From contig NC_068985.1 in the NCBI RefSeq assembly GCF_001194135.2, positions 77,710,389 to 77,774,388 of the forward strand: 64,000 nt of DNA, given 5' to 3'. Both the position numbers and the translations under genes were made by a program. Source of the stretch: Octopus bimaculoides. Lineage: Eukaryota. The notes under the pieces are model-generated. The model worked only from the letters and a program-made list of their open reading frames with translations, made no database searches and had not been told where the DNA came from. Of this stretch, positions 48,310 to 60,342 are shown one piece after another (the stretch's first letter is position 1; each line of letters opens with the position of its first letter).

Positions 48310-49491
48310 GCCATGCTTGACTCATACATCTGTTGCTAAATTTAATAGTTTATTTACCAGAGCAATCTTAGAATTGTTGAAATGGCTTTAGGACTCTCCC
48401 CCACCCCACCTTATTGCCTTATGTATTTTTGTAGTAAGTGGCTGCTTGTACCCCTTAGTCAAGTACCAAGTAATAATTTATCCCAAAACTCAAGATTGCT
48501 TATTATAAAAGCAGAGGGGAAAGGTTTATGTGTAATGCATTTATTTGCCACACCTAACTAACCCTCAAGATACGTCTATAGTTATTGAGTTAAAAGAACC
48601 TGTTTTGTTTACTTGTTTTATATTTTGTTAGTGGTGTAGAAAGTTGCTATAAATATTGCTGTTCTCAGTAATTAATCTCAGCAGTTTATTTAAAAAATTA
48701 TTATTTATTATAATTGACTGACAAAAATATTTGAGAATATTTTTCATGACATTAACCTATCTTATCTCTGTTCAGTGCTTTACAGTTATTGTTAGCTCCA
48801 CCTTTGTCTTGGAGTGACCTTCAACTTTTATGTAAACCACCTGTCTTTTTGTTTGTTAGTTTGTTTGCTTGTGTTTATTTTTTTTATAATTCTGGTTTAT
48901 CATGGAACACCCATTTAGTTTGTTACCTACTGGGCGAGGGCTAACATGATCTGCTACCTAGTTCTCATAGTATACAATCTACCTAGACATAATTATCTAG
49001 CTATCCATAAATAGATAGATAGACAATTATGTTTTTGGAATATCTCAAAGTACACATAAAGCTGTAAATATTGGGTTGAAAAAATCCCTTTTTGGATAGA
49101 AAAAGTCGACGGGCAGCCTTCAACTTCTCCTGTCCAATATTTACATGATATTATTATGTGTACTTCAAGAAATTCCACAAAAAGAATTTGTTCACATTCT
49201 CTCAAAAGTTTACAAAATTCTTACGATGTCAACAATCTAGGAACATTTTCACTTATTAATTATATTTTCAATTATGTTTCTATAACATCTTTTGTAAATG
49301 ATATGCCATGTGTCCATGTTTGCCCATCTTATTGTATTTCTATCACACACTCTAGCTACACAGTTCTTATAGCCAACTGCAGAATTATTTTTATCTTGAT
49401 TAGAAAGTTGGATTTTAAGAGTTTTAGACATTCCGAGCACTGATACAGTTTTCATCTGTTGTACACTTATTCTAGCATCTTCTCACCCACT

Positions 49492-49541
<50 letters not shown>

Positions 49542-49662
49542 TTTTCTTGCAAAAGTACCTATACTTCTTGTTGTCAGCTACTGCATGTTATTCCTATCTT
49601 CCATAGTAATTTTATGGGATGGTTATATATGCAGAACTCCTTACAACTTAGGATAAATGTAG

Positions 49663-49818
49663 TAATAATGAAAATGATTTGTGAATATAAATTTTTATAC
49701 TTTATTAATGCCTTGCAACATGTCTCTGCACAGAATTTACATGTGCTATACAGAAACATATGTCACAAGGCATTAATAAAGTATAAAAATTTCCATCCAC
49801 AAATCATTTTTATTATTA
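49663..49818. repeat. Inverted repeat with about 60-bp arms and a 32-nt loop
   Basis: TAATAATGAAAATGATTTGTG..AAATTTTTATACTTTATTAATGCCTTG / CAAGGCATTAATAAAGTATAAAAATTT..CACAAATCATTTTTATTATTA. Confidence 0.88.
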
Positions 49819-50375
49819 CTATATACGTATGTATGTCATGTTTGTATATTTTATTGTTGTGTATATAAACAGATTGGTTACTTGTCTCTCTGGGATGGTT
49901 TCAAGTGGTGTAGACACCTGATGAGACCCCAATAAGAGTCAAACATCAATTAAGGCTGTTTATCGTTGCTTTCAGTCTGTGGAGAAATAGTTAAATTTAC
50001 CATGTTTGTATATCTACTATGTAGGTTTATATATATATATTATGATTTCATTTAGGCATAGTGATACTAATAACCAGTAGTTAGAACTCGATATACATAC
50101 AATATAAGAAAAGCTTGAGCAGTAGATAAATATGTTAATTGCTCTGTTGTTCCTCTGTTTTGGTTTATTTTGCTGCTTTTGTACCTGGTACAATGTTCCA
50201 TTGTGCCAGGATAGAATCCTATTTTATTAGATATCATGTTCCATCCTATTGTTAATCACTTGGATGTTAAATAGGAATATAGTTTTTGTGTTTTTTAGTC
50301 AGGCAGTCAGTTATGTACTTTAGTAGATCCAAATTTGTGACCATTTAATTCATAGTCCAGCTCTAACTTCATGAT

Positions 50376-50409
<34 letters not shown>

Positions 50410-51559
50410 NNNNNNNNNNNNNNNNNNNNNNNNNNNNNNNNNNNNNNNNNNNNNNNNNNNNNNNNNNNNNNNNNNNNNNNNNNNNNNNNNNNNNNNNNNN
50501 NNNNNNNNNTATATATATATATATACATATACAAATGTGTGTGTGTGTGTATGCACCCACATACACGCACTCATGTACATATACACATACATATATTTAT
50601 TATACATCTACAAATACACATCTCTTCCTTGCATTCCCTCCAACACACACATACACACACTGCAGTTCCAGTTTCTCAAGTCACTCTCTCTCTCTCTCTG
50701 TTTTCCTTTTCTTTTTTAATCAGTTGAAGTAGCTTGTCACTTGAAAACTTAAGTACTATTTTTCATTATGAATGTAAATGTTATATATATATATATCTAT
50801 CTAAAATCTGTCTTTCATCTTAGAAAGCAAGTTTCCCATGCATAGTTGGCCATTTGTTGGAGTCTAGGACTTCTGCATCAGCAACCACTTGGTTGTTTTT
50901 GTTTGTTTTTCTGTTTTGTATTTGTTTTTGTTTTTGCCCCCCTTCCTCACATACTCCAGAAAACCCATTTCTAAGTGCTGTTATGAGATAGTATATCTTC
51001 TGTGCTATCTTGCATTGCTGTCATATTTGCATTGTGCGCGTGAGTGTTTGTGAATATACATACATAGTCATAGACTCATTTCCTCCCCCCCCCCATCACT
51101 GTAACTCTTAATTATATCAATCATGGTCAGGGGTGTAGTATAATTCAGGGTATGCTAGGTGAGCACCACCCAACCCACCGATGGTTAATTTCTTTTTATA
51201 ATAATTCTATTCTCACAGAATCATGATATAATCTGGCTATAATTTGTTTTCAGATCTAAGCTAATAATACACATTCATAAACAGATTAAGTCAGTTTGAA
51301 GTTATGTATGGAAATAAATTAAAGTTTGCATTGTTTACAATTATACCAGTTGTAAGCTCTGCATGATGGCACACCCTATGACATACACCACTATCTACCA
51401 CTCATCACAACCTTGCTGTATAGTTCTATAAATTTTACATTAAGCCATCACACCACATATCTTCACAATATTCATGTATATGAAATCATCCATCATTCTT
51501 ACTGTGTTACATCATACCCAGCAACCTGCACATAGCTTTCATATTGCACACCATATTCT

Positions 51560-52159
51560 ATGATATTCTAACACGCAACCCTTTTGCTCAAGTTTCTTGC
51601 CCGTAACACCTTGCTTGCTTGGCTTCGAGTCAAGTATGAAAAGCTTACTCAATGCCATAAGAAATGTCTTCACCCTGCCATGTTATATCTGACACTCATG
51701 TTGTAATCTCATAACTTCATCTACAATCTTCTTCAGTTCAAGATTATCTACTGGTTTTAATTGAAAATCAAATCTAAGTGAATGTATGTGTGCGTATGTA
51801 TGCAAATCATTGAAGTGTATACAAGGTGTATTGCAAAAATCTATCTTGATATTATATATATTATACATCATTGGAGCTTTACATATGGGTTTTTACACAC
51901 CTCGATGTAGCGGTCAGTTTTGATTCAGAGTCGGAACAGTTGTAGTTGTATTCTTTACACTGTAGAGGAAGATACCAACATCATCACATTCCCGATGTAG
52001 CATTTTGTCTTTAAGGACAAATTCATTCATAAATCTAAATATTGATTACTAAACTGAGATTTTTATCCTAAGCCAAACTTTTGACAGTGTTCTCTCTGGA
52101 GCATCCTCAAGCAGCATTGGTGCTACTCTTGGAGTTTTCATATTCTCTAGATCTGACAT
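51560..52159 (-). pseudogene. Decayed reading frame of unknown origin, possibly a retroelement ORF1
   Basis: About 195 codons in one frame from an ATG at 52159 with 5 stops: MSDLENMKTPRVAPMLLEDAPERTLSKVWLRIK...HFNDLHTYAHIHSLRFDFQLKPVDNLELKKIVDEVMRLQHECQI*...LDSKPSKQGVTGKKLEQK; no family motif recognised. Confidence 0.4.
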
Positions 52160-52730
52160 CTGTATTCATATATTTATAATTGAGATATGACTATAGTATC
52201 CTAATTTGTTTTAAAGTTGATTTTATCTTTAATTACTTATACAGTCAACTGTCTTGTGTTATAGAATCAGATATTAGTAGAAATGCATTTAAAATGCTTG
52301 ATATGCATTTTTAATTTAAATTATCTTTGTACTGTGTAGCACAAGTTAATTAGTAAGTGAAGTTTCATTGACACTTTTCACTTGCAAATTCTTTAAGTTT
52401 TTGGCATTTAAAAAAACAAAACAACAAATATTGTTTTTATTCTCCAAGGCCCTGACTGCAGTTAAATGGATGTTATTGCCACTCTGTCTGAAGATGAACC
52501 TGTCTTGATTTATCTTTTGATGTCAACTGGTGTGTATGTGTTGTTTAAATTAAGTGTAAAAGCGATGTGCTTTGTAACATAGTCTAGAGCTTTTCATTGT
52601 ACATTTGGCTAATGAATTTGTGTGTACCTGAGAGAGTGAGATAGAATACTCCCCCCCCACCTCCACCACTGCCATTGCTAGTTGCAAAGGTTTTATTTTT
52701 TTTACCTATTTTTATCTGTGTGTATGTATA

Positions 52731-52772
<42 letters not shown>

Positions 52773-53491
52773 TTATGTGTGTGTGACATAATATGGCTGA
52801 TGTAACAATTCTAACAAGCATTTGATTCAGGTATTGCAGTTCTTTTTTTTTTTTCCTTAAGGTATTTTGGTACATCAGAAAACTTCACTATGTACAGTAT
52901 ATTTTTGAACTTGTCATTGGTTCTAAACTTGTATTAGCCACCATCACAATCTAGATAGCAGTGCAGAGTGAAAGCAGATCTTTCTTATTTCTCTTCCATC
53001 ATATCTTCAACTTTACTCTTTCATTGTATTTTCTTAACATTAACTAAACACACCTTGACTATTGTCACTCCATCATCACTTCATCTCTCTCTCTCTCCCT
53101 CAAAACATTTTACCATCTCACAACAAAATCACTCTCAGCTACCACCATCAGCTCTGACTATCATTAATACTGCTACAACTAATAATATTACTGCTATTAT
53201 TACTTCTACTCCTACTGCCACCTCTAACACCACTATTTATTTATTCCAATAATGATTGTATTGGGTTACTTTGAAATCTAGTCATCGGAAACTGTCCAAA
53301 AGTTATGCATTAATCACATAAGTGAATTGTTATAGACACCCAGTTTTATTATTCTTTAATATTCACACATACTGTGTGTGTGTACACACACACACACACA
53401 CACACAAACAAATGTGTATTTATACAGCCTTGTATGTATGTAAATACATATACAGATTCATGTGTGTGTGTAAAGTATGTGTATGTATGTA

Positions 53492-53529
<38 letters not shown>

Positions 53530-54113
53530 AAATATATAGTTACATATATAATTCATTTGAATATCATTCATAAGTACACCTATTCATGCACACGCATACA
53601 CACAGTACAAAGATTGTAGTTTTAGTTTGTTTTTATTTATTTATGATTTTTTTCATCTTCTGTTTTGTTTTTTTATTTATTTATTTCTTTTTATTTGTAA
53701 ATCAAAAATCAATACTGCTTGGAACAAAAACAGAAATGGATTTCAAAAAAAAAAAATTAAAATAAAAACCAAAAAAGTTACAATAAAACTGGAGATATAA
53801 AAAAAAAACCAATAACAGCAAAAAAACCCCACCATGCTTAAAGTCAATTTTTTTTTTCTTCCTTATCATGTCTCTAACTGGCCATTTACAAACTGACAAA
53901 ACAACAACATCTACAGTATATATATAATAAAATCCAATGAAACGAAATAAAAACAAAAAACAAAACTTGCTGTTGGTTCATGGGAATTATTTTGTTACAA
54001 CTCCATGGTAACAAGGAAATGTTTAATTACATAAGTGATTATTGTATTTTTCTTTTGTTCTTTTTAGATTTTAATTATCTTTGAGTTGATTTGTTTGCTT
54101 TTTTAAAAATGAC

Positions 54114-54156
54114 AATAAATGAAGTCTGTGTGAGAATTTGTATGTGTGTGTGTGAT
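54114..54156 (+). terminator. Candidate distal polyadenylation site
   Basis: AATAAA at 54114-54119 followed by a GU-rich tract (TCTGTGTG..TTTGTATGTGTGTG) and preceded by U-rich sequence; SINE density rises just after it. Confidence 0.35.
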
Positions 54157-54460
54157 TAGTACAAAGAGTATTTAATACATGCATGTACACACACACACAC
54201 ACATGTCAAGTTTTTTAGGAATACTGAGTTGAAAAACCCTTTGAGAAAAAGTTGAAGGTTGCTTGTGGGACTTGAACCCACACCTCCTGTAGACATGACA
54301 AGTGTTCTGCCCCTGGACTAAAGTAATCCTTTGAACATCTGTATCCATTTCAGAAACCATTTTTACCAGTGAGAATTCTATGTTGCTGACATTATAAGAA
54401 TTTAGAAATTTCAAGAACATGAAATTCTTTTAGTTTATACACACCCTCTGGTGCAGGCAT

Positions 54461-54700
54461 GGCTGTTCGGTTAAGAAGCTGTCTTTGCAACCAAGTGGTT
54501 TTGGGTTCAGTCCCACTGTGCAGCACCTTGGGTAAGTGTCTTCTATAATCCCAAGCCAACCAATGCCATGTGAGTGAATTTGGTAAACAGAAACTGTGGA
54601 AGCCTATCATATATGTGTGTGTGTGTGTGTGTGTGGCCTCCTTCCGTTGCTTGACAACCAGGGTTGGTTTGTTCCAGTAACTTAGCAGATATGAAGGTAC
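54461..54700 (+). mobile_element. tRNA-derived SINE
   Basis: GGCTGTTCGGTTAAGAAGC..GCAACCAAGTGGTTTTGGGTTCAGTCCCACTG...GGTAAGTGTCTTCT...TTTGGTAAACAGAAACTG. Confidence 0.82.
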
Positions 54701-54780
54701 AATTCATAGCTGTATCATAAGTGATGTTCTTCATGTACATTTGTTAGAAGTCTCAGTTTTAAATCTGTGTGCGTGTATTG

Positions 54781-55585
54781 AAATATGAATTAGAAGCAGT
54801 GCTAGTGTTGTAAAAATTATCAGCCACATATACTCAATGTATTTGTCTCACTTTTTTGCCAGCAGGCTACAGGTTAGCATGGTAGGGATGACTCCCCTCA
54901 AAACGAGATGTTAAAATCCATGAAAGTCATAGACAGGCGAGACAATCTATCTCAAATTCAAGAGCAATGGACATTGATGTTTTACCATTTTTGTGGCTTA
55001 TCACATTCCTGAACCGACCTGGAGGCAGACTGAATCACTAATCCATGGCTATATACAAATAGTGTAAAAGCCATTTGCCAGTATGCCTTAATGGTGTATA
55101 CATAAGAATAAATTCAAATATGAATTAGAAGCAGCGTTAATGTTATAAGCATTATCGACCACATATTCAATGTATGCGCTTTGCTTGTTTGCCAGTAGGC
55201 TGCAAATTGGCATGGTGGAGATGACTCCTTCAAAGTACCAGGGTGTTAAAACACATGAAAGTCATAGATTAGCGAGTCAATTCACCCCAAGTCCCATTCA
55301 GAAGTGTTGGACATCAAATTTCTGCCGTTTTTGTGGCTTAGCCTCACATACCTGAATTGCCAGTCAATGACAATATACATTGTAAAAACCATTTGTTGGT
55401 ATACCTTGACAATGCATACATAAGAATAGATTGAGATATGAATTAGAAGCAGTGCTAATGTAAACACTATTGAACACATTCTCTGTGTATGTGCTTCGCT
55501 TTTTTGCCAGTAGGCTGCGACTTAGTGCAGTGGGAATTACTCTCTGAAAGCACTGGGTGTTAAAACACCTGAACAGTATAAACAG
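54781..55585. repeat. Diverged tandem repeat of about 325 bp, 2.5 copies
   Basis: Units start at 54781, 55116 and 55434 with ATATGAATTAGAAGCAG; shared TTTGCCAG.AGGCT, TGTTAAAA and CATACATAAGAATA blocks. Confidence 0.88.
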
Positions 55586-55609
55586 GTGTGTATATATATA
55601 TATATATCG

Positions 55610-55825
55610 AAGTAAGCACATAAAATGTGCAACAAAGTGGAAAAAAGAGTACTCAAATACCAGAGGTAGAGTAATATGCTTTATTTAAAAGCAGCAGAAA
55701 TATAACAAAAGACTGTTACTCTGAGTTTCATGTTCCCGTTCATCTAACAAAACTGTCCAATGAACGGGAACGTGAAACTCAGAGTAACAGTCTTTTGTTA
55801 TATTTCTGCTGCTTTTAAATAAAGC

Positions 55826-55829
<4 letters not shown>
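55610..55829. mobile_element. Penelope-like inverted pseudo-LTR structure containing a 70-bp near-perfect inverted repeat
   Basis: 55674-55743 vs 55760-55829 are reverse complements at 69 of 70 positions with a 16-nt loop; the loop and right arm carry a hammerhead-like fold. Confidence 0.7.
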
Positions 55830-55857
<28 letters not shown>

Positions 55858-58295
55858 TCATATTTAAAGATGGATATATATTAATTACGCTTAGTTGCTT
55901 TTATTGAAACAGTTCCCTATACATGATTGAAATTATAGATCTGATTAAAAAAAAAAAAACCTTTGTCTCAATCTAACTGTCAGATGTTGTGAGATCATTA
56001 GAGTGTTAGTAATGAGATAGGAGAAATAGTGATGGGTTGTAGACCCAAAGAAGTTATAGGGACACTTTTGGGTGACCATATGACAAATCTCTGTCACTAA
56101 CATTACTTTGTATTGACCTTGGAGCTGCTACATGTTTGGTTTACCTTCTATAAATATGATCATTCCACAGACCACACCTCCACTCATGTTTGAAAAAAGT
56201 TCATATTTGGTAATGAGGTCAGGTCTTTCATTTCTTAGACAGGAAAAAGATGACGATCATGTCTGCTTGATCAAGGCTGACCTGGGGCTAAACTACTACT
56301 ACTACCACCTTCACCTCACCTTCATTAAGAATATTTCAGTGAATTATTTTCATTATTAATATCACCAACATGATTTTCTATGTGGTTGTTAGACTTGCTA
56401 GAAGTAGCAGGCAAATTGCCATCAAACCACATCCTACCATTTTAAAAAGCAGGCACATCAGATAATGTAGTCCAAGGTACATTATTGCCTTTTATCACAG
56501 TTCTGTTTAATCAGGACTAAAATGCAGTTAAGCAATACCAGCAATAACATCATTTTCTTTTAATATGCTTACCAAGGGATGCAGCCATCGAATGTAAGGT
56601 ATTTCACAATTGCCACAGTCGTCACAGCTATCAACACCATCATCAACCTGACTATTGCTGTCTCTGTCATATGACCACAAATAGTACTAATGCACTCACC
56701 ACTACCACTATATCCATCATTCCCAGATCACCAACTACCTTCCCTCTTCCTTTACACAATAAGCTTGTCTGTATCACTACTGTATACTCTGCCACAGTGC
56801 ACTACTCCATCTTCTTAGTATCAGCAATTAAACTCAAGCCCATATTCTTATATTTATTCCCGCCCATGCTCTGCAGCCTTGGTGTTTCTCTTAACCTTTT
56901 TGATACCACCCCATCTAAGACTACTCCCTGGTTCTATGATACAAACTTTCTGCTATAGAGTGTTTCTAAATTAAAACCTTCCATCAAAATGTCAATGTTA
57001 ATTTGCATTTCAAGCACCAGCTTAATAATGAGACAATTATTTTACTAAATACTTCCACTATTTTAAAAATTGGCTGAACCAAAAGCAGTGTGTTTCAACA
57101 AATATAGCAACAGAAGTTTGTTTCAACCTTGGGCTCCTATTTCTCTCAGAAGATGCATGCACACTTACCTTACAGAGCAACACCTCAGATGTATCAAAGT
57201 AAAAATGATCAGACCTTGTACAAAATGCAGGGGAAAAAAACTGACAGAAATAGTAGTGAATGGCAGAAATCAAAGAACACTAGTTCAGATACCTTGGATT
57301 ATCTTAATGATATCACTTTACATTCATATCCTGTCATGATCAACTTTGTTTTCCATCTTTAAAGTCAATAAAGTACCAAATATAGTACAGCTTATTACCT
57401 GGGGGTTATTTGCTATAAGTGTGAGAAAAGTGCTACATTTTCAATCCCCACAGTGCCTAGTCTTCAAAGCTCCAGCATTCTTGGCACAATTGGGAAGCTT
57501 GTCCAACTGTGATGAGATACTACTCTGCTGTGATGCCTTCTCCCATACCAGATAGTTTAATTTTAATGTGCTGTCATCATGCCTTTATTACTTTGTGTTA
57601 ACACCTGCCCACCTAAAGTGCAACACCATTGTGCAATGAGTGTCAAATACAGTTCACTCTCACTAGCATCACTGTCCCTTGCTTTGCTTGTAATGCTTAT
57701 GCCTTTGAGGAATACATGACTGTTGCAGCTCCCTGTTTCTTCTCCCTGTCTTTAAAAACTGATGCTCGAGGATAGAAGTAAACAAAAAATAATAAATCTG
57801 GTTTTAATATTCCTGACTGAAGGTAAGACTTGAGCTAACACTTCAGAAGTATATGAACGTTACAATTTATTTTAAAAATTATAACAATGAAATGTAATCA
57901 TTTTATTTATCATTTAACTGCTAAATGGTTTCCTGAAATATACATAAGATCTGTAATTCCTAAGATATCACTCCCCCCAACTTGCTCTATTAAAGTTGGC
58001 CTTGAGCTTAATCAAAAGTAATCATTATTTTTATTGTTATCATTGGGGGTAATTTGGCAGAATTTGGAGAGTACCAGACAAAAGACCTACCTTTATATTC
58101 TGAGTTAAAATCTCAAAATCAGTGAGCCAATAAGTATTTGTTGCAATGCTGGGTTTGCTTTAGTCAACTCCTTTCTCACCCCACCAAGTTTATCACCTTG
58201 CGACAGCGTTAGAAAACATCATCATCATCAATATGGTGAATGGCAGAAACAGTAGCATTCCAGATTAAATGCCTTGCAATATTTATGGTATTCAA

Positions 58296-58530
58296 GGCAG
58301 TGAGCTGGCAGAAACATTTGAACGCGGGGCGAAATGCTTCGCGGTTATTTCCTCTGCCGCTACGTTCTGAGTTCAAATTCCGCCAAGGTCAACTTTGCCT
58401 TTCATCCTTTCGGGGTCGATTAAATAAGTACCAGTTACGCACTGGGGATCGATGTAATCGACTTAATCCCTTTGTCTGTCCTTGTTTGTTCCCTCTATGT
58501 TTAGCTCCCTGTGGGCAATAAAGAAATAAA
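58296..58530 (+). mobile_element. Relatively young GAGCTGGCAGAA-type SINE
   Basis: Retains many CpGs (GCGGGGCGAAATGCTTCGCGG, CCGCTACG, TTCGGGGTCG) that are lost in the other copies. Confidence 0.88.
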
Positions 58531-60082
58531 TATTTATGGTATTTTACAATTTTTGAGTTAAAATCCATCAGGATCAGTCAACTTTGCTTATCAAATCCCT
58601 CAGCATTTCCTCATTATCAAGGATGTGTCCATTTCTGTGATTTTTTTCACCACTCTATGGCTATTTGGTAGTAAACTGGGTCAGTGTAAAGAAGAAGCTG
58701 CAAGTTCAATCCTCATAGTGATCAACTTTCAAAGCCCTAATATCAAAATTGTGTTGAGACAGTGGGGGAAACCTGTTCAATTCTAGAGGGATTCTCGTCC
58801 TACTGACTGCTGTAGTCTTCTATGATGCTTTCTCTCAAAGCACAAAGACCAATGGCAGCCTGTGACACTACTTTGGTAGCTGTTATTTTTAGTTTTGCTG
58901 GGTTCTCACTGAAATCTTCCCAAGGAACAAACTTGATGGGTTTAGCGATTGCCAATGTTTTGGCCATGGAACAGACTGTGGAGGTACACATTACCACAGC
59001 CAGTAACTGAAATACTCCATGCATTTGGTATATTCACATGCCAGATGAAATAAAAAAATACAGCACAAATGCAAAGTTAAATCTATCGCGCCTTCTTCCT
59101 AAAACATTTGTGGTTTATTCTAATGATAGAAAAGTGCTTGTTTTGTCTATCATCTGCTCAACATCCCACCTTCTTCTACTGTAATTTCACCTTCATCTAC
59201 TCAAACTGCCCTGTTTTTTTGTTTTGTTTTTTGCTGAAAGAAAGCTATTTTGGTTGGAGTATTTTAAAAATTTTCTTTTCTCCCTCAATTGCTGTCATGT
59301 CTTCACTATGTGAAAACCAGTCTGAATCAGCCAACATCATGTCTTAATAATTTAAAAAACCTCCACTATGACCCTACCTTCTCACACTGAAACAAAAATT
59401 TTAAAAAAATAAAAATAAATAAATAAACGTTTTCCCTATTTCTCTAGACACACAAATCTCCCCGGTCCGAACATGATTTGCCCCACCCCCCTCCATTTTT
59501 CAATGTGTTGAAAAGAAAATTTAAAGTTGCTGAAATAATAAATGAAATAAATAAAAATATATCTTCTTTTACTTATACATACATATATATATATATATAT
59601 TTTTTGTGTGTGTTGTTTGTCTCAATCTTCATTATAATGAAATAACAGAGTGAGTTAAGTAATTAATTAACGATAGTTATCCCACCTAGAAATGTTAGCA
59701 GGAATCAGATTAGGGAAGCAATAGAAAGATTGTGTGTTTTATTATGAGGTTAGAGGTTAACTAATATTTCATTAATGAGATCTTTCGCCAGAAGTGGTTT
59801 TACTTAGCCTGAGTCAGCTCTGATCAAGATTTAAGATCAAAAGCATCATCCTACCTTTTTTTTTTTTCAGCCTAGAAGCAGTCAATCAGGATCACTTCAG
59901 CATTTTTCTGTTCTAAGACTGCAGGGTTTGATTTGAAGGAGATTCGAACAGTATCTCTAGCAGGTTTAACAATCATCAAGAAGCTCCATACTGGCACATT
60001 TTAACAGAATAGAATGGTATTGTATTACAGACCTAAATCTTGTTATGAAATCTTTTGGGAACATCACATATTTTTTATTTTA

Positions 60083-60190
<108 letters not shown>

Positions 60191-60342
60191 NNNNNNNNNN
60201 NNNNNNNNNNNNNNNNNNNNNNNNNNNNNNNNNNNNNNNNNNNNNNNNNNNNNNNNNNNNNNNNNNNNNNNNNNNNNNNNNNNNNNNNNNNNNNNNNNNN
60301 NNNNNNNNNNNNNNNNNNNNNNNNNNNNNNNNNNNNNNNNNN

